Assembly: GCA_951406725.2 (NCBI GenBank)
Contig: OX597818.1
Location: forward strand, 47,058,001 to 47,122,000
Source: Octopus vulgaris
Taxonomy: Eukaryota
Length of the DNA stretch: 64,000 bases
Reading direction: 5' to 3'
This document shows, piece after piece, positions 1 through 13,318 of this stretch. A program made the translations under genes and the position numbers. The notes under the pieces were generated by a model that did not search any database, was not told the DNA's origin, and saw only the letters and a list, made by a program, of their open reading frames with translations. The stretch's first letter is position 1, and the number at the start of each line of letters is the position of its first letter.

Positions 1-2
1 GA

Positions 3-36
<34 letters not shown>

Positions 37-942
37 TCAAGTTAAATATATTGTCGTGAGGGAAGGTTGCGTAGGTGAATGACGTCGTGCACCAGTGTCG
101 AAAGACTGCTCATTGTTGTTATTTACCTCTAGATAAGACTTAATCTGTTACAAAGACTTTTCTGTTATGACTCTTTTCCTGTTCTTATGCAGGGCATTCA
201 AAACCTCATTATCCATGGTATTTCTTTTAAAGACGTATCCACACCTTTACATTGACGTGTTTACCAGTTACAGTATTTATAGGAGCAATAAAATGCATTT
301 ATTTTTTCATTGAACTGCTTGTACAAAAAGAAAATTATTTGTATATATCATGGCTACCCTGAGAACTTATGGCTGCAATATTTAAAAGTTCAGTAAATCA
401 AAATAACTAATTTTAGTAATCTATGTCAAAAGAGTTGCCGAAACCAAAGGACATGGACGCACATGTTAGTTTTCATGAATAGGGGAGTTCTCAATATATA
501 TTTTTTTTACTACCCACGAGGGGCTAAACACAGAGGGGACAAACAAGGACAGACAAAGGGATTAAGTCAATTACATTGACCCCAGTGCTTAACTGGTACT
601 TAATTTATTGACCCTGAAAGGATGAAAGGCAAAGTTGACCTTGGCGGAATTTGAACATGGAATGTAACGACAGACAAAATACGGCTACGCATTTCACCTG
701 GCGTGCTAACGATTCTGCCAGTTCGCCAAAGAGGTAGAGTTGTCAAAAATTCAAACGAACTCCTAGTTTAACCTAGATCTACACATCACAAACTAACACA
801 AATGTATATCCTGTTTCTCTCTGACACTCTGTATTCAAATTTCACTCTGAAAGGTGGTGTCTGTACATATGTAGGCTCTCTCTTTCACCTGGATGTCAGC
901 AATCAATATTTCCTAAGTCTGTTGCTTCCACTCCTACAAATA

Positions 943-1497
943 CGAGGGTAAGTCAAAAAGTAATGCCATTTTGTTTACGACAGGTATAGTTACCAACACA
1001 GGAACATGTATCATACATCAAAATGAAGCTCGTCCTCTGTGGATCACATCCCTACTTCTCAACATAGTCACTGTTCCTCTCAATAGCAATGTTCCGCCTT
1101 TGAATGAGAGCATGTATCCCTGCCTGTAAAATTCTGTTGGCTGTTCTTTGAGCCACTTCTTCACCACCTCCACACTCACCAGATTTAGCGCCTCCAGACT
1201 ATCATCTTTTTGGCGCCATGAAAGAGAGTTTGAGAGGCAAACATTATTCGAGTGATGAGGAAGTGAAAACTGGAGTGAAGAAGTGGCTAAAAGAACAGTC
1301 AACAGAATTTTACGGGGCAGGGATAAATGCTCTCATTCGAAGGTGGAACATTGCTATTGACAGAAACAATGACTATGTTGAAAAGCAGGGATGTGCTCCA
1401 CAGAGGACCAGCTTCATTTTGATGTATGATACATGTTCCTGTGTTGGTAATTATACCTGTCCTAAACAAAATGGCATTACTTTTTGACTCACCCTTT
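943..1497. mobile_element. Mariner-derived palindromic MITE (two right ends)
   Basis: TA on both sides; ~225 bp inverted arms starting CGAGGGTAAGTCAAAAAG. The centre encodes HSPDLAPPDYHLFG...SDEEVK...IRRW, a mariner transposase C-terminus. Confidence 0.9.
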
Positions 1498-3342
1498 TAC
1501 CTCTGTTTTCCTTGTCATTTTTCAAACTCTTCCAACTAGTACCACTCTTTGACCACATCTCTTGCTTCATCAAAGACATCTAACATGTAACTCAGTGGTT
1601 CTCAACTGGGGTCCATCTGACCCTTGGATGTTTGTATGAAATTTAGTTATTAAAATTTATGTGCAATAAATCAGTTGTACTTTTACAATACACAAAATAT
1701 TTTAACAATTTTTTTATACAATCCCTAATAGGCGTAGGAGTGGCTGTGTTGTAAGTAGCTTGCTTAACAACCACATGGTTCCGGGTTCAGCCCCACTGTG
1801 TGGCATCTTGGGCAAGTGTCTTCTACTATAGCCTCGGGCCAACCAAAGCCTTGTGAGTGGATTTGGTAGACAGAAACTGAAAGAAGCCCGTCGTATGTGT
1901 GTATGTTTGTCTCCCCCAACATTGCTTGACAATCAATGCTGGTGTGTCTACATCCCTGTAACTTAGCGGTTTGGCAAAAGTGACCAATAGAATAAGTACT
2001 CGGCTTACAAAGTATAAGTTCTGGTGTTGATTTGCTCAACTAAAGACAGTGCTCCAGCATGGCCACAGTCAAATGACTGAAACAAACTAAAGAATAAAGG
2101 AATAGTATTTAATTATAAAAATATAATGGGACTTTTTAAAACTTCAAAAAGCTGGTGGGGCAGTAGAGTAAAACAGGAATCATATGGGTTCACAGGCAAA
2201 AAATGGTCAAGAACCACTGATTTAGCTAGATGTCTAACTTCTTTCCTGCCTGAAATCATCATCCTCCATGAGATCAGAATTCACAAGAATTCTTCTTGGC
2301 TCTCCTCTTCATATACTTATCCCTTTTTGATTTTGCCAGTGCAGAGAGCAATTCTTTTGTAATCCTGAACTCTCTATATAATCTAGTTTCGTCCCTTACA
2401 TGATACTTAACCAACACAAACACTGCAAGCACTCTTGGTCCCTTTTTCACCCACAAACCTAACCCCTACTAAACCATCACCAACTCTGCACCTATCAGAT
2501 TGTTTGATTATTACCTTGTTACAACTACTTACCATATATCTGCATACTATTCGATGTCCTACCTACTCACCAGACCCTATGATATACAATAAATGTTCCT
2601 TCTCGAGCCATGCCAGGATCATAAGTGCTGGTTTCCTGGTTTCAGTAGCGTACAAATTCACCACCTGGATGGGACGCTGGTCCGTCGCAGGATTACTCAT
2701 TTTTGCCAGCTGAGTGGACTGGAGCAACATGAGATGAAGTGTTTTGCTCAAGAACACAACGTTATCGCCTAGACCAGGAATCGAAACCACAACCTTATGA
2801 TCATCAGTTCAACACCCTGACCACTAAGCCACGCGCCTCCACTTGACCCTATGATACTTCAGATCATATGACTGACTGCAGCTCCACCAGTTCAATGTTA
2901 ACAAATCTTGGTAGTGTAGGAGCTTCACCACTGGCTTATCAGAAACAACTAGGTAAATGACTAATACCACCCTCTTAGACATGTCTCTACACATCCTATA
3001 TGTAGTCACAGGTTCCCTCAAGTGGTTCATTCCTGGCTGTAACTATAGCAGTTCAGACAAATAACATATTATATTTCTTGCAGAAGTCAATCACTCCTCC
3101 AAATTGGATCAATTTACTGCTTTTATTTATAGTGTTAATGCTTCTTGCATCAATGAAGGAGTGGGGAGGTGACTAAAAATAAAAAATACAATGAATAATG
3201 AGGTTTGGAATGTCATGCACAGGAAAAATCAAACCGTAAAAATCATAACAGTGAAGTCTTTGTAAGAGATTTCCTATCAGGGCTGATCTGGAGGTTAACA
3301 ATAACAACAATCAGCAATCTTTTGACATTGGTACATGATATA

Positions 3343-3513
3343 GGCTCAGGAGTGACTGTGTGGTAAGTAGCTTGCTTACCAACCACATGGTTCCGGGTTC
3401 AGTCCCACTGCGTGGTATCTTGGGCAAGTGTCTTCTACTATAGCCTCGGGCCGACCAAAGCCTTGTGAGTGGATTTGGTAGGTGGAAACTGAAAGAAACC
3501 CGTCGTATATATG

Positions 3514-3546
<33 letters not shown>

Positions 3547-3760
3547 ATGTTTGTGTGTCTGTATTTGTCCCCCTAGCATTGCTTGACAACTGATGCTGGT
3601 GTGTTTACGTCGCTGTCACTTAGCGGTTTGCCAAAAGAGAGTGATAGAATAAGTACTGGGCTTACAAAGAATAAGTCCCAGGGTCAATTTGCTCGACTAA
3701 AGGCGGTGCTCCAGCATGGCCGCAGTCAAATGACTGAAACAAGTAAAAGAGAGTAAAGAG
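3343..3760 (+). mobile_element. tRNA-derived SINE family A (representative copy)
   Basis: A-box TGGCTGTGTGG (consensus), B-box GGTTCAGTCC, CCTTGGGCAAG core, internal (TA)n(TG)n, AAAGAGT tail. Other copies ~1731, 5286(-), 7399, 10355, 11106(-), 22723(-), 27980, 34793(-), 41000, 42925, 50640, 57786, 58501(-). Confidence 0.9.
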
Positions 3761-4253
3761 ATGTCACAAGGTTATCATGAAAATTGCAAAGGATAATTCC
3801 ATGCATTATATAGCATGGAATCTTTCCTGTCTCTTAAACTGCACCCAGTCCTTTTGGTTCCTTGCCAAAAGGGTTCTACTAACTTTTAAATAATCTTCCT
3901 TTTCTCCATTTCTCAACCATAACAGTTCTCTTATAGAGAAAGCTTTCATATTTCCTGTCTGCCTTGCATGTAACTGCATACACTACATGTGTTTCTTTTT
4001 ATTATTCATATTCACCCCCTACTCCAGGTCTTACACTTATCACTACACCTAGTTTTTTGTTCATTCTCTGTAAATTTTCTCCTTCCAACTGGCAGCTGTT
4101 TTTCAAGTGGAACATTAACTACATCTTGCTCACCAGTCTCATAGGGCTTGTAAATACCATTATTTCAGCCCCTTCTTCAAGTGATAAAATCATGTGTGTG
4201 TGTGTGTAAAAATCTTTGAGGCAGAAAAAAGCAGGCATCCATGTATTAGTTAA

Positions 4254-4459
4254 CCCTTTCGTTACCATATTTATTTTGAGATGTTCTGTGGTTCTTTCAA
4301 TTACATTAAATATAACAAAGAATTTAGTAAAATTAAGCTAGTGTTAGGAACATAAATTGGGACTAAGGTTTGGTGGAAGATTTTAATCCAAAACTTACAA
4401 AAACAAGACATTTGTACTCAAAGCAAGAGCTGGTTTCAGCCGGGTTGGTAATGAAAGGG
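4254..4459. mobile_element. piggyBac-like MITE
   Basis: TTAA on both sides; TIR CCCTTTCGTTACCA / TGGTAATGAAAGGG. Related copies near 8455-8840, 49345-49430 and 49935-50200. Confidence 0.8.
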
Positions 4460-4495
4460 TTAATGGTGTGGGTATATTATTACAAATACAATATA

Positions 4496-4578
4496 TTCTC
4501 ATAATACCTAATTTACCAAAAGATTTCATACCGAAGGGTTAAGAACCAAGCTCAGCAAATCATCAGAATGATTGAAAA
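4496..4578 (-). ncRNA. Hammerhead ribozyme-like motif, partly decayed
   Basis: Minus strand: ATT-CTGATGA (4566-4560), stem II TGCTGAG/TTCGGTA with inner GGTT/AACC, GAAA, stem III ATC-TTTT-GGT, GTA triplet, then AAT. The base of stem II is a U-U mismatch. Confidence 0.55.
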
Positions 4579-5442
4579 GAATAGAATGGTGTGGGCTCTA
4601 TGCCACTGGAGGCCTGAAAGTGTCACTACCTCTTTGCTGGTCTTACAACTGTTGTAAAATTGTTGGGAAAAAGAAAAATCTTCCTGGTCACGTGCAGGAA
4701 AAATAAAATATAGAGTTCACTGGAGTTATGGTCTTTGTCTTTTCCTCCTCTGCATTTGACCTGCTTGATTTCTTACAGGAATTTTGTTCCTGTTTTTTAC
4801 AATTTAGTATATATGTGTGTGAGAGAGAGTAGAGACCATGTGCCTTCAGTGTTTGTTTGACTTCCTCTTTCACTAACCACCTGACAATTTAACACATGTC
4901 TTGGAGCAAATCATTGCCATGAAAATTGAACATTTATCTATTTTTTTCTATTGTCTGTTATATTAAATTGCTAATGAGGGATTCTTGTGGCGTGAAAAAA
5001 AAAACTGTCACACTTTGGGGTTGGTAAAAGTATGTATGCGATAGAGGAAAAGAGAAATTTAAATGAACCACATGTATACATACAAAAGCTATTGGTTGTA
5101 TGCACACATACATACATACACACAGATGACATTTAGTGCATGTCTGACAGAGTGGGGCAATATGTAGAAGTGCACATGCCATTAGTGTGTATATGTATGT
5201 GTGAACATGCCTATAACATTTGTTTGACTTTCTCACAATTTACTTGAAGATTTAATGCATACATCTTAGAACAAGTGATTGTCATAAAGATTGACCATCT
5301 CTCTGCTTACTCTATTATCAATGTTTGTAAGCCTAGTATTTATTCTATCGGTCTCTCTTTTGCCGAACCGCTAAGTTACGGCGACATAAACACACCAGCA
5401 TCGGTTGTCAAGCGATGTTGGGGGGACAAACATATACACATA

Positions 5443-5484
<42 letters not shown>

Positions 5485-8027
5485 CATATATACAACGAGC
5501 TTCTTTCAGTTTCTGTCTACCAAATCCACTCACAAGGCTTTAGTCAACCTGAGGCTATAGTAGAAGACACTTGCCCAAAGTGCCACGCAGTGGGACTGAA
5601 CCCAGAACCATGTGGTTGGTAAACAAGCTACTTACCACACAGCCACTCTTACGCCATTTGGATATCAGGGAATATATTAATATAACCTTTATTTAAGATT
5701 GTAAACTGTGATTTGTTAGTTTTAGATGCTATTTTCAGCAGGTTGAGTGACCATGTATCAGCTCCCTTTGAAACAAAATAGTTTTCCAATGAACAACTCT
5801 TCTGCTTTCTTTTCTTCTCCTTCCTGTCCTGCACTCTGCCTTACAGTTTCAATTTCATATCTTCATAGTAGGTAGCTGAAATAGATTTCTTTATTGGCCA
5901 CGCAGGGCTAAAAAAAAAGGGCCGAATTCCGATCAAAAGGGATCATGAAAAAAAAAAGGCGAGGACAATCAATAGGGATCGTATATCACAGAAATGTCAA
6001 TGTAAAATGGGAAAACAGATTAGGTTTGTCCATGGATACAAAAGCCTACGGAAAAGACCACGAAGCTGATTAAGTGCATTGGTCATCTTTAGAGATAGAA
6101 TGAGTTGTGATTTAGTTAGGGATGGTGATAGAAGAGAATTCAGCTACCTGGAATTCTTTTACTGCTTTCAGCCATTGGACTGGGGGTCATACTGGAACTT
6201 TCCTTCAGTTGTACTTGAGCCCAATACATATTTCAGTCTGGTACTTTTTTTTATCAGTTTTTGGAAGTTATCTCTTGATGTCAAGGGATGCAACGTAGCA
6301 CTCAATTTTCCACTGATATACATAAACACACACACACACACACACTGCACAGTTTCTGTCTACAAAATCCCACTCATGGGTGTGTGGTTAAGAAGTTTGC
6401 TTTGCAACCATGCAGTTCTGGTTTCAGTCCCTCTGCAAGATTTCTTACACAAGTGGCATCCAGAATAACCTCGGGTTAGCAGTTTCCTTATGAGTGGATT
6501 TTGGTAAATGGAAATTGTGTGGAAACTCATCATGTATATGTGTGTGTGTGTGTCTGTGAATTTGTATGCATGCATGTATGTGTGTACGTCTTTCACTAAT
6601 AGGTGGCTGGCAGAAACGTTAGCGCACCGGGAAAAATGCTTATCGGTATTTCGTCTGCTGTTATGTTCTGAGTTCAAATTCCGCCGAGGTCGACTTTGCC
6701 TGTCATCCTTTCGAGGTCCATAAATTAAATATCAGTTACACACTGGGATCGATGTAATCGACTTAATCCCTTTGTTTGTCCCCTCTGTGTTTAGCTCCTT
6801 GTGGGCAATAAAAGAACAACATCTTTCACTAATATATATATATTAACCTTTAGCGCACTAGGTGCATCATGTCACTATGAATTCTCTCTCCTCTCAATGT
6901 GGCACAATGCATTGACTCAAAATTCTTGAAGGCAGTGTCCCAGCATAACTGCAATCTAATGACTGAAACAAATGAAAGATTAAAGATGTGTGTGTGTGTG
7001 TGTGTGTGTTTGCCTCTCCACTTCCACGTAACCATTGCACAAAAACCGGTGTTGGTTTGTTTATGATGATGTAACTTAGTGGCTTGGCAAAAGAGACTAA
7101 TAGAATAAATACTAGACTTTAAAAAAACAAACAAAAAGAACAAAACAATAAATACAGGGGTCGATTTGTTTGGCTAAAAATAGTTCATGGCTGCATTTCA
7201 ATGACTGAATCGAGGAAAAGATAAAAGATTTAAAACCGTATTCTTTCTCGCACAAAATTATTCTGCTTGCTACCACTTACCTTTTAAGTGATAGCATTAA
7301 ACTTAAATTCTAGTTGAACCATCCCAAACCAAACAGCTGGATAAGTGAATCGCAGGCATTGCAAATAAAAAATAAGCAGCTATAAAAAATAAGCAGTAGG
7401 CGCAGGAGTGGCTGTGTGGTAAGTAGCTTGCTAACCAACCACACGGTTGCGGGTTCAGTCCCACTGCGTGGCATCTTGGGCAAGTGTCTTCTGCTATAGC
7501 CCCGGGCCGACCAATGCCTTGTGAGTGGATTTGGTAGACGGAAACTGAAAGAAGCCTGTCGTATATATGTATATATATGTATATGTGTGTGTGTTTGTGT
7601 GTCTGTGTTTGTCCCCCTAGCATTGCTTGACAACCGATGCTGGTGTGTTTACGTCCCCGTCACTTAGCGGTTCGGCAAAAAGAGACCGATAGAATAAGTA
7701 CTAAAAGGTGGTGCTCCAGCATGGCCGCAGTCAAATGACTGAAACAAGTAAAAGAGTAAAAGAGTAAAAGAGAGCTATATTTAGAAAAGTATCAAGTTAA
7801 AACCAATTAATGCAGTGCTTCTGATTCAATTGAAACATCACATAAAACCTGTATGCCTTGTTGTGGTGGCTCAGCTGTACATCATCGTTTTGACGCCTCC
7901 CGTCTACCGTTCTATGCCTGCATTGAGCAGCCGGATTTGTTTTTACAGTCAAATGCTCTTTCTGTTTCCAATCCTCACCTGTTTCCAAGCGAAGTAATAT
8001 TTCTTTATGGCTAGGTATGTTTCAATG

Positions 8028-8340
8028 AGGAGGCGCAATGGCCCAGTGGTTAGGGCAACGGACTCGTGGTCGTAGGATCGCGGTTTCGATTCCCAGACCG
8101 GGCATTGTGAGTGTTTAATGAGCGAAAACACCTAAATCTCCTCGAGGCTCTGGCAGGGGGTGGTGGCGATCCATGCTGTACTCTTTCGCCTCAATTTTCT
8201 CTCACTCTTTCTTCTGTTGGCCTGCTCGCTTAGCCAGCGGGGTGGCGTCATTTGAAGGCTAAAACAATGCGAAGTGCATTGTGACCAGCGATGTGTAACA
8301 ACATCTGATAGCCTGGTCGGTCACGGTGATCACGGTGATG
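8028..8340 (+). mobile_element. tRNA-derived SINE family D
   Basis: TGGCCCAGTGGTTAGG / GTTTCGATTCCC boxes; ATGTTTCAATGA flanks both sides; related copies at 37608 and 49430(-). Confidence 0.8.
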
Positions 8341-9182
8341 TTTCAATGAATGACAATGACACTGCTTGTCCAATAGCGATGCTTGTTTCATGTGATGTCA
8401 TGACAAGGACCTCCCCTTGACCACCACCACCACCACCATCATCATTATCGTTTAGCCCTTTCCATACCAACCCGGCTGAAACCACCTCTGACTCTGTAGT
8501 ACAGATGTCATGTTAGCATAAGTTTTGAATTAAAATCTTCCAACAAACATCATCATCATCTTTGTTTAACGTCCGCTTTCCATGCTAGCATGGGTTGGAC
8601 GATTTGACTGAGGACTGGCGAACTAGATGGCTGCACCAGGCTCCAATCTTGATCTCACAGAGTTTCTACAGATGGATGCTCTTCCTAATGCCAACCACTC
8701 CGAGAGTGTAGTGGGTGCTTTTATGTTCCTAACACTAGCTTAATGATTACTAAGTTATTTTACTTAATTCTTTGTTACATTTAAAATTGATTGAAAGAAA
8801 CACAGAGCACCTCAAAAGAAATACAGTAACGAAAGAGTTAATGTCTGCTTTCCATGCTAGCATGGGTTGGACGGTTTGACTGATGACTGGCAAGCCAGGA
8901 GGCTGCACTAGGCTCCACTCTGATCTGGCAAGGTTTCTACAGCTGGATGCTCTTCCTAACGCTAACCACTCTGAGAGTGCAGTGGGTGCTTTTTATGTGC
9001 CACCAGCACAAGGACCAATTAGGTGGCACTGGCATTGACCAAGCTTGAATGGTGCTTTTTATGTGCCACCGACATGGAGATGTGACCAAAACGGGAGGTT
9101 GGAAAAATTTTTTATTTATTACCTATTCTGCATTATATGTTGCATTCAAAATTCTTCAGACAAAGAGAATCAAATAATACTT

Positions 9183-9305
9183 AATTATTTGATTCTCTTT
9201 CTGAAGAATTTCTAATAGGAGATTTCTTAAATGTTTATCCTTCATGTACAATTTTGTAACTCTCCTATTTGCAAATGAAACATGGGTAATAGTGAATAAA
9301 TAATT
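9183..9305 (+). ncRNA. Type I hammerhead ribozyme with long stems I and II
   Basis: CTGAAGA 9201-9207; stem II ATTT/AAAT plus AATAGGAGA/TCTCCTATT; GAAA 9277-9280; minimal stem III AC-ATGG-GT; GTA triplet 9286-9288; stem I AATTATTTGATTCTCTTT pairs with ATAGTGAATAAATAATT (two U-U mismatches, one bulge). Confidence 0.7.
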
Positions 9306-9467
9306 CCAAAACTATTTTTTCCAGTCACCTGTTTTGGCATGTAATTACAACCCTAACCCTTACCATTTTTCTGCATGCTTCACACAATTCTAACATCTAC
9401 ATATAATTTTGGAGTACTGGAATATGCGACAAGAGGACACAACTTGGATTATAACCTTATCTACACA

Positions 9468-9502
<35 letters not shown>

Positions 9503-9512
<10 letters not shown>

Positions 9513-9725
9513 AGAGAAAAACCACTATTAAACAATTCAATAAACAAAGATGTTATTCACACTGCTATAAAACATCTACAATATTACTTTATAACATCTT
9601 TCTTTATTGAATTGTTTAATAGTAGTTTTTCTCTAAATTATATACATATATTATGTATTGTGAAATTTGATTTAAAATTGTTGAATTGAATTTTTCCCTG
9701 TAAGTTTTGGAATTATATTCCCTAC
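9503..9725. repeat. AT-rich fold-back (~55 bp arms) plus tail, same family as 61505-61785
   Basis: Arms ~9503-9557 and 9591-9644, followed by the same tail. Confidence 0.8.
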
Positions 9726-11759
9726 TACTACTACTACTATTAGTAGTAGTGGTATTATATATATAGATATATATATTGTGCATATACACAGACAACATTT
9801 CTTTTAGTTTCCATCTGCCAAATCCACTGACAAGGCTTTGGTCAGCCTAGAAGAAACATTTGTTCAAGTTGCCATGCAGTAGGACTAAACTTGAAACCAC
9901 ATGGTTGAGAGGCAAGCTTCTTAGACAGCCAGCACACCTACACATGTAGCCATGCATATACCTCCTTTTATCCATAGGATTGAATCCAAATTCAGGTGCC
10001 TGAGAAGCAAACTTCTTAACCACACATGAACATAAAATTAATACTTTTCATTTTTACTGTTTTCAAACAAATTTGGGTTTCAGTTTCAGGGAACTTTACT
10101 TCTGACAGTTGAATGATGATATTAATAGGATCCATAGATATGTACTTTTGAGTGTTTGCCATCCATTTTAGGCTGGGTATGTCTCACAAAGGGGTATAGG
10201 GTGGTTCCCAGAATACATCCATGTAAGAAACTGAAATGTTTTATATGAGCAATGTTTCACTTCAAAAATAGTTGGAGGTAAAATTACTGTAGTAGCTGAC
10301 ATCAGGATTGAATTAGCTTGAAAGAAAAAAAAGGTGCTATACAAAGGATCTATAGGCGCAGGAGTGGCTGTGTGGTAAGTAGCTTGCTTAACAACCTCAT
10401 AGTTCCGGGTTCAGTCCCACTGCGTGGCACCTTGGGCAAGTGTCTTCTACTATACTCTCAGGCTGACCAAAGCCTTATGAGTGGATTTGGTAGACGGAAA
10501 CTGAAAGAAGCCCATTGTATATATATGTATATGTATATATATTTCTTTACTACCCACAAGGGGCTAAACACAGAGGGGACAAACAAGGGCAGACAAAGGG
10601 ATTAAGTCGATTCCATTGACCCCAGTGCGTAACTGGTACTTAATTTATTGACCCCGAAAGGATGAAAGGCAAAGTCAACCTCGGCGGAATTTGAACTCAG
10701 AACGTAACGGCAGACGAAATATGGCTTCGCATTTCACCCGGCGTGCTACCGTTTCTGCCAGCTCGCCGCCTTAGTATCAGTATATATGTGTGTGTGTGTT
10801 TGTGTGTCTGTGTTTGTCCCCCCAACATCGCTTGACAACCGATGCTGGTGTGCTTACGTCCCCGTAACTTAGCGGTTCGGCAAAAGAGACCGATAGAATA
10901 AGTACTAGGCTTACAGAGAATAAGTCCTGGGGTCGATTTGCTCGACTAAAGGTGATGCTCCAGCATGGCTGCAGTCAAATGACTGAAACAAGTAAAAGAA
11001 TATTAGACTGATTCAGGGGTACCTTATCTATCATCTTTCAAATGTGTATCATGATGATTATTCAGTTTCACAAAGCTTTGTAAATTTTATGCACTTTTTA
11101 AAGACATTCTTTTATTCTTTTACTCTTTTACTTGTTTCAGTCATTTTGACTGCGGCCATGCTGGAGCACCGCCTTTAGTCGAGCAAATCGACCCCGGGAC
11201 TTATTCTCTTTAAGCCCAGCACTTATTCTATCGGTCTCTTTTTGCCGAACCGCTAAGTGACGGGGACGTAAACACACCAGCATCGGTTGTCAAGCAATGC
11301 TAGGGGGACAAACATATACATACACACACACACATATATATATATATACATATATACGACAGGCTTCTTTCAGTTTCCGTCTACCAAATCCACTCACAAG
11401 GCATTGGTTGGCCTGGGGCTATAGTAGAAGACACGTGCCCAAGATGCCATGCAGTGGGACTGAACCTGGAACCATGTGGTTGGTTAGCAAGCTACTTACC
11501 ATACAGCCACTCCTGCGCCTATATTGATATTTAATCTGGAATGTGATTGTTAAAGCTTTCAAAATTCTCTCATATGATAGATATAATATGAGTAAGTTAA
11601 AAAATTTTTCCCACGAATTTCTCTGGTTATGGAGGTTAAGAGAGTTTTGTGTATTAATATTTGTATCTTGAGAACTGATTATAATCTATCAAGGGATAAG
11701 GCTCTTAACATTGTTTTTTTTACACCCGAGAAGAGTTTCTAGTTTACTTTATATTTTTA

Positions 11760-12151
11760 CCAGCAGTATTGCCTGGTTTGCTTGGGTTTGTTTTGACCCT
11801 TTAGAATTGGAATTTTTGAAAAGTAAAAAATTTGCATCATGTAGCTTGTTATTCTCTTTAAGTGAACATTTTTCTGGTTGAAATACACCGAAAAATGGCG
11901 ACACAGCAGTAAAAAAAATCGTAAAAAATAGGGATTTTCATAGAAAAAAAGCACCTTTTTGATGTAAATAATTTTTGGTCTTAACATGGTCCGATTTGAA
12001 TTTTTTCTTCTACAGAAGGAAGAGCAAGCCTTTTTCTATCATACTCTCAATTTTGGTCAACTTGCGCTGCAGGGTCTCAGAGGAGATAGTGTTAGTTGAA
12101 GGCTACCAAACCTGCCACCCACAGACAGCTTCAGCTTTATATATATATAGA
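11760..12151 (-). mobile_element. Non-autonomous Helitron, second copy
   Basis: Reverse complement of 30956-31347; TC...CTGG ends in an A|T site. Confidence 0.8.
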
Positions 12152-13318
12152 TTTATATCCTGCTTCTGGCAAGTAGTTCTTTTGGAGGTTCAGGTGTGGC
12201 TGTGGTATGAAATTTGTTTCCCAACCACATGGTTTTGGGTTCAGCCCTGCTCTATGGCACCTTGTGCAAGTGTCTTCTACTATAGCCCCAGGTCAGCCAA
12301 AGCCTTGTGAGAGGATTTGGTTGACAGAAACTGAAAGAAGCCTGTTGTACGTATGTGTGTGTATACATATGTATGTGTATGTGTTACAGTCTCTTTGCCT
12401 TGACATTTTGTGATAATTGTAAAGGAGTGTCTCTGTCATGCAGGCAGTATCCTTTATTTTCAATCTTGCATGGAAACATATTTGGCTATGGAGAAATATT
12501 AACTTACTTGGAAACAGGTGAGGGTCAGCAACAGGAAGGGCATCCAACCAAAGAAAATCTGACTTAACAAAACTCTGTCTGACCCATGCAAGCATGGAAA
12601 AGTAGACATCAAAACAATGATAGTGATCATGGTGATATTGATGATGATTTGGATGGAGTTCTCGAAAATAAGAAGTTATAAGCTGTATTCTATTACTCTC
12701 TTAATAGTTATTGTTATAATTTACTTTGCATCTAAATGTTGGCATTGAATCATAGAATGCATGGTAAAATGTACTTGTCACTTCCTTCTTTGACATTTAC
12801 TTTGGAGCTATTTGTGCTGCTTTTCAAAGAAACCGACTGCACTGCTAGTTTCACATTCCTGAATTAGTGTCCTACTATTTTTTTCCCTCCTTTTTTTTTT
12901 TTTGTTCCAACATCAAAGTAAACTCTGCTATATTTTTCATAACAACAATACGCCAATAACTATTCAACTGGCATTTTGTGTACACAAATAGCAAATGTTT
13001 CTTTATTGCATAGAATAGAAAAATGATTTTACATTCATATCCAGACTTTTTAATTTTGTGTTGTCTTTTAGAGTATGTGCAAACATGGTTAAGAAGCTTG
13101 CTTCCCATATACGAGGATTCAGGTTCAGACCCCACCGAATAGTACTATAGCTCCAATGAAGCTGTAGGGTAATGCACAAGCACTCAACTATGAGTGCATT
13201 GTACATTATAGCAGAAATAACTGTTAGCTAATGAAGGTCATTACATAATTTCTTAGTCCCTTATCATTTATTTAATTTCTTACACACACACACACATCTA
13301 CGTTTTTATGCATAAGTA

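Noticed and set aside
7399-7472. tRNA-like sequences at SINE heads
   Set aside because: They have A/B boxes but continue into SINE bodies and lack a proper cloverleaf.
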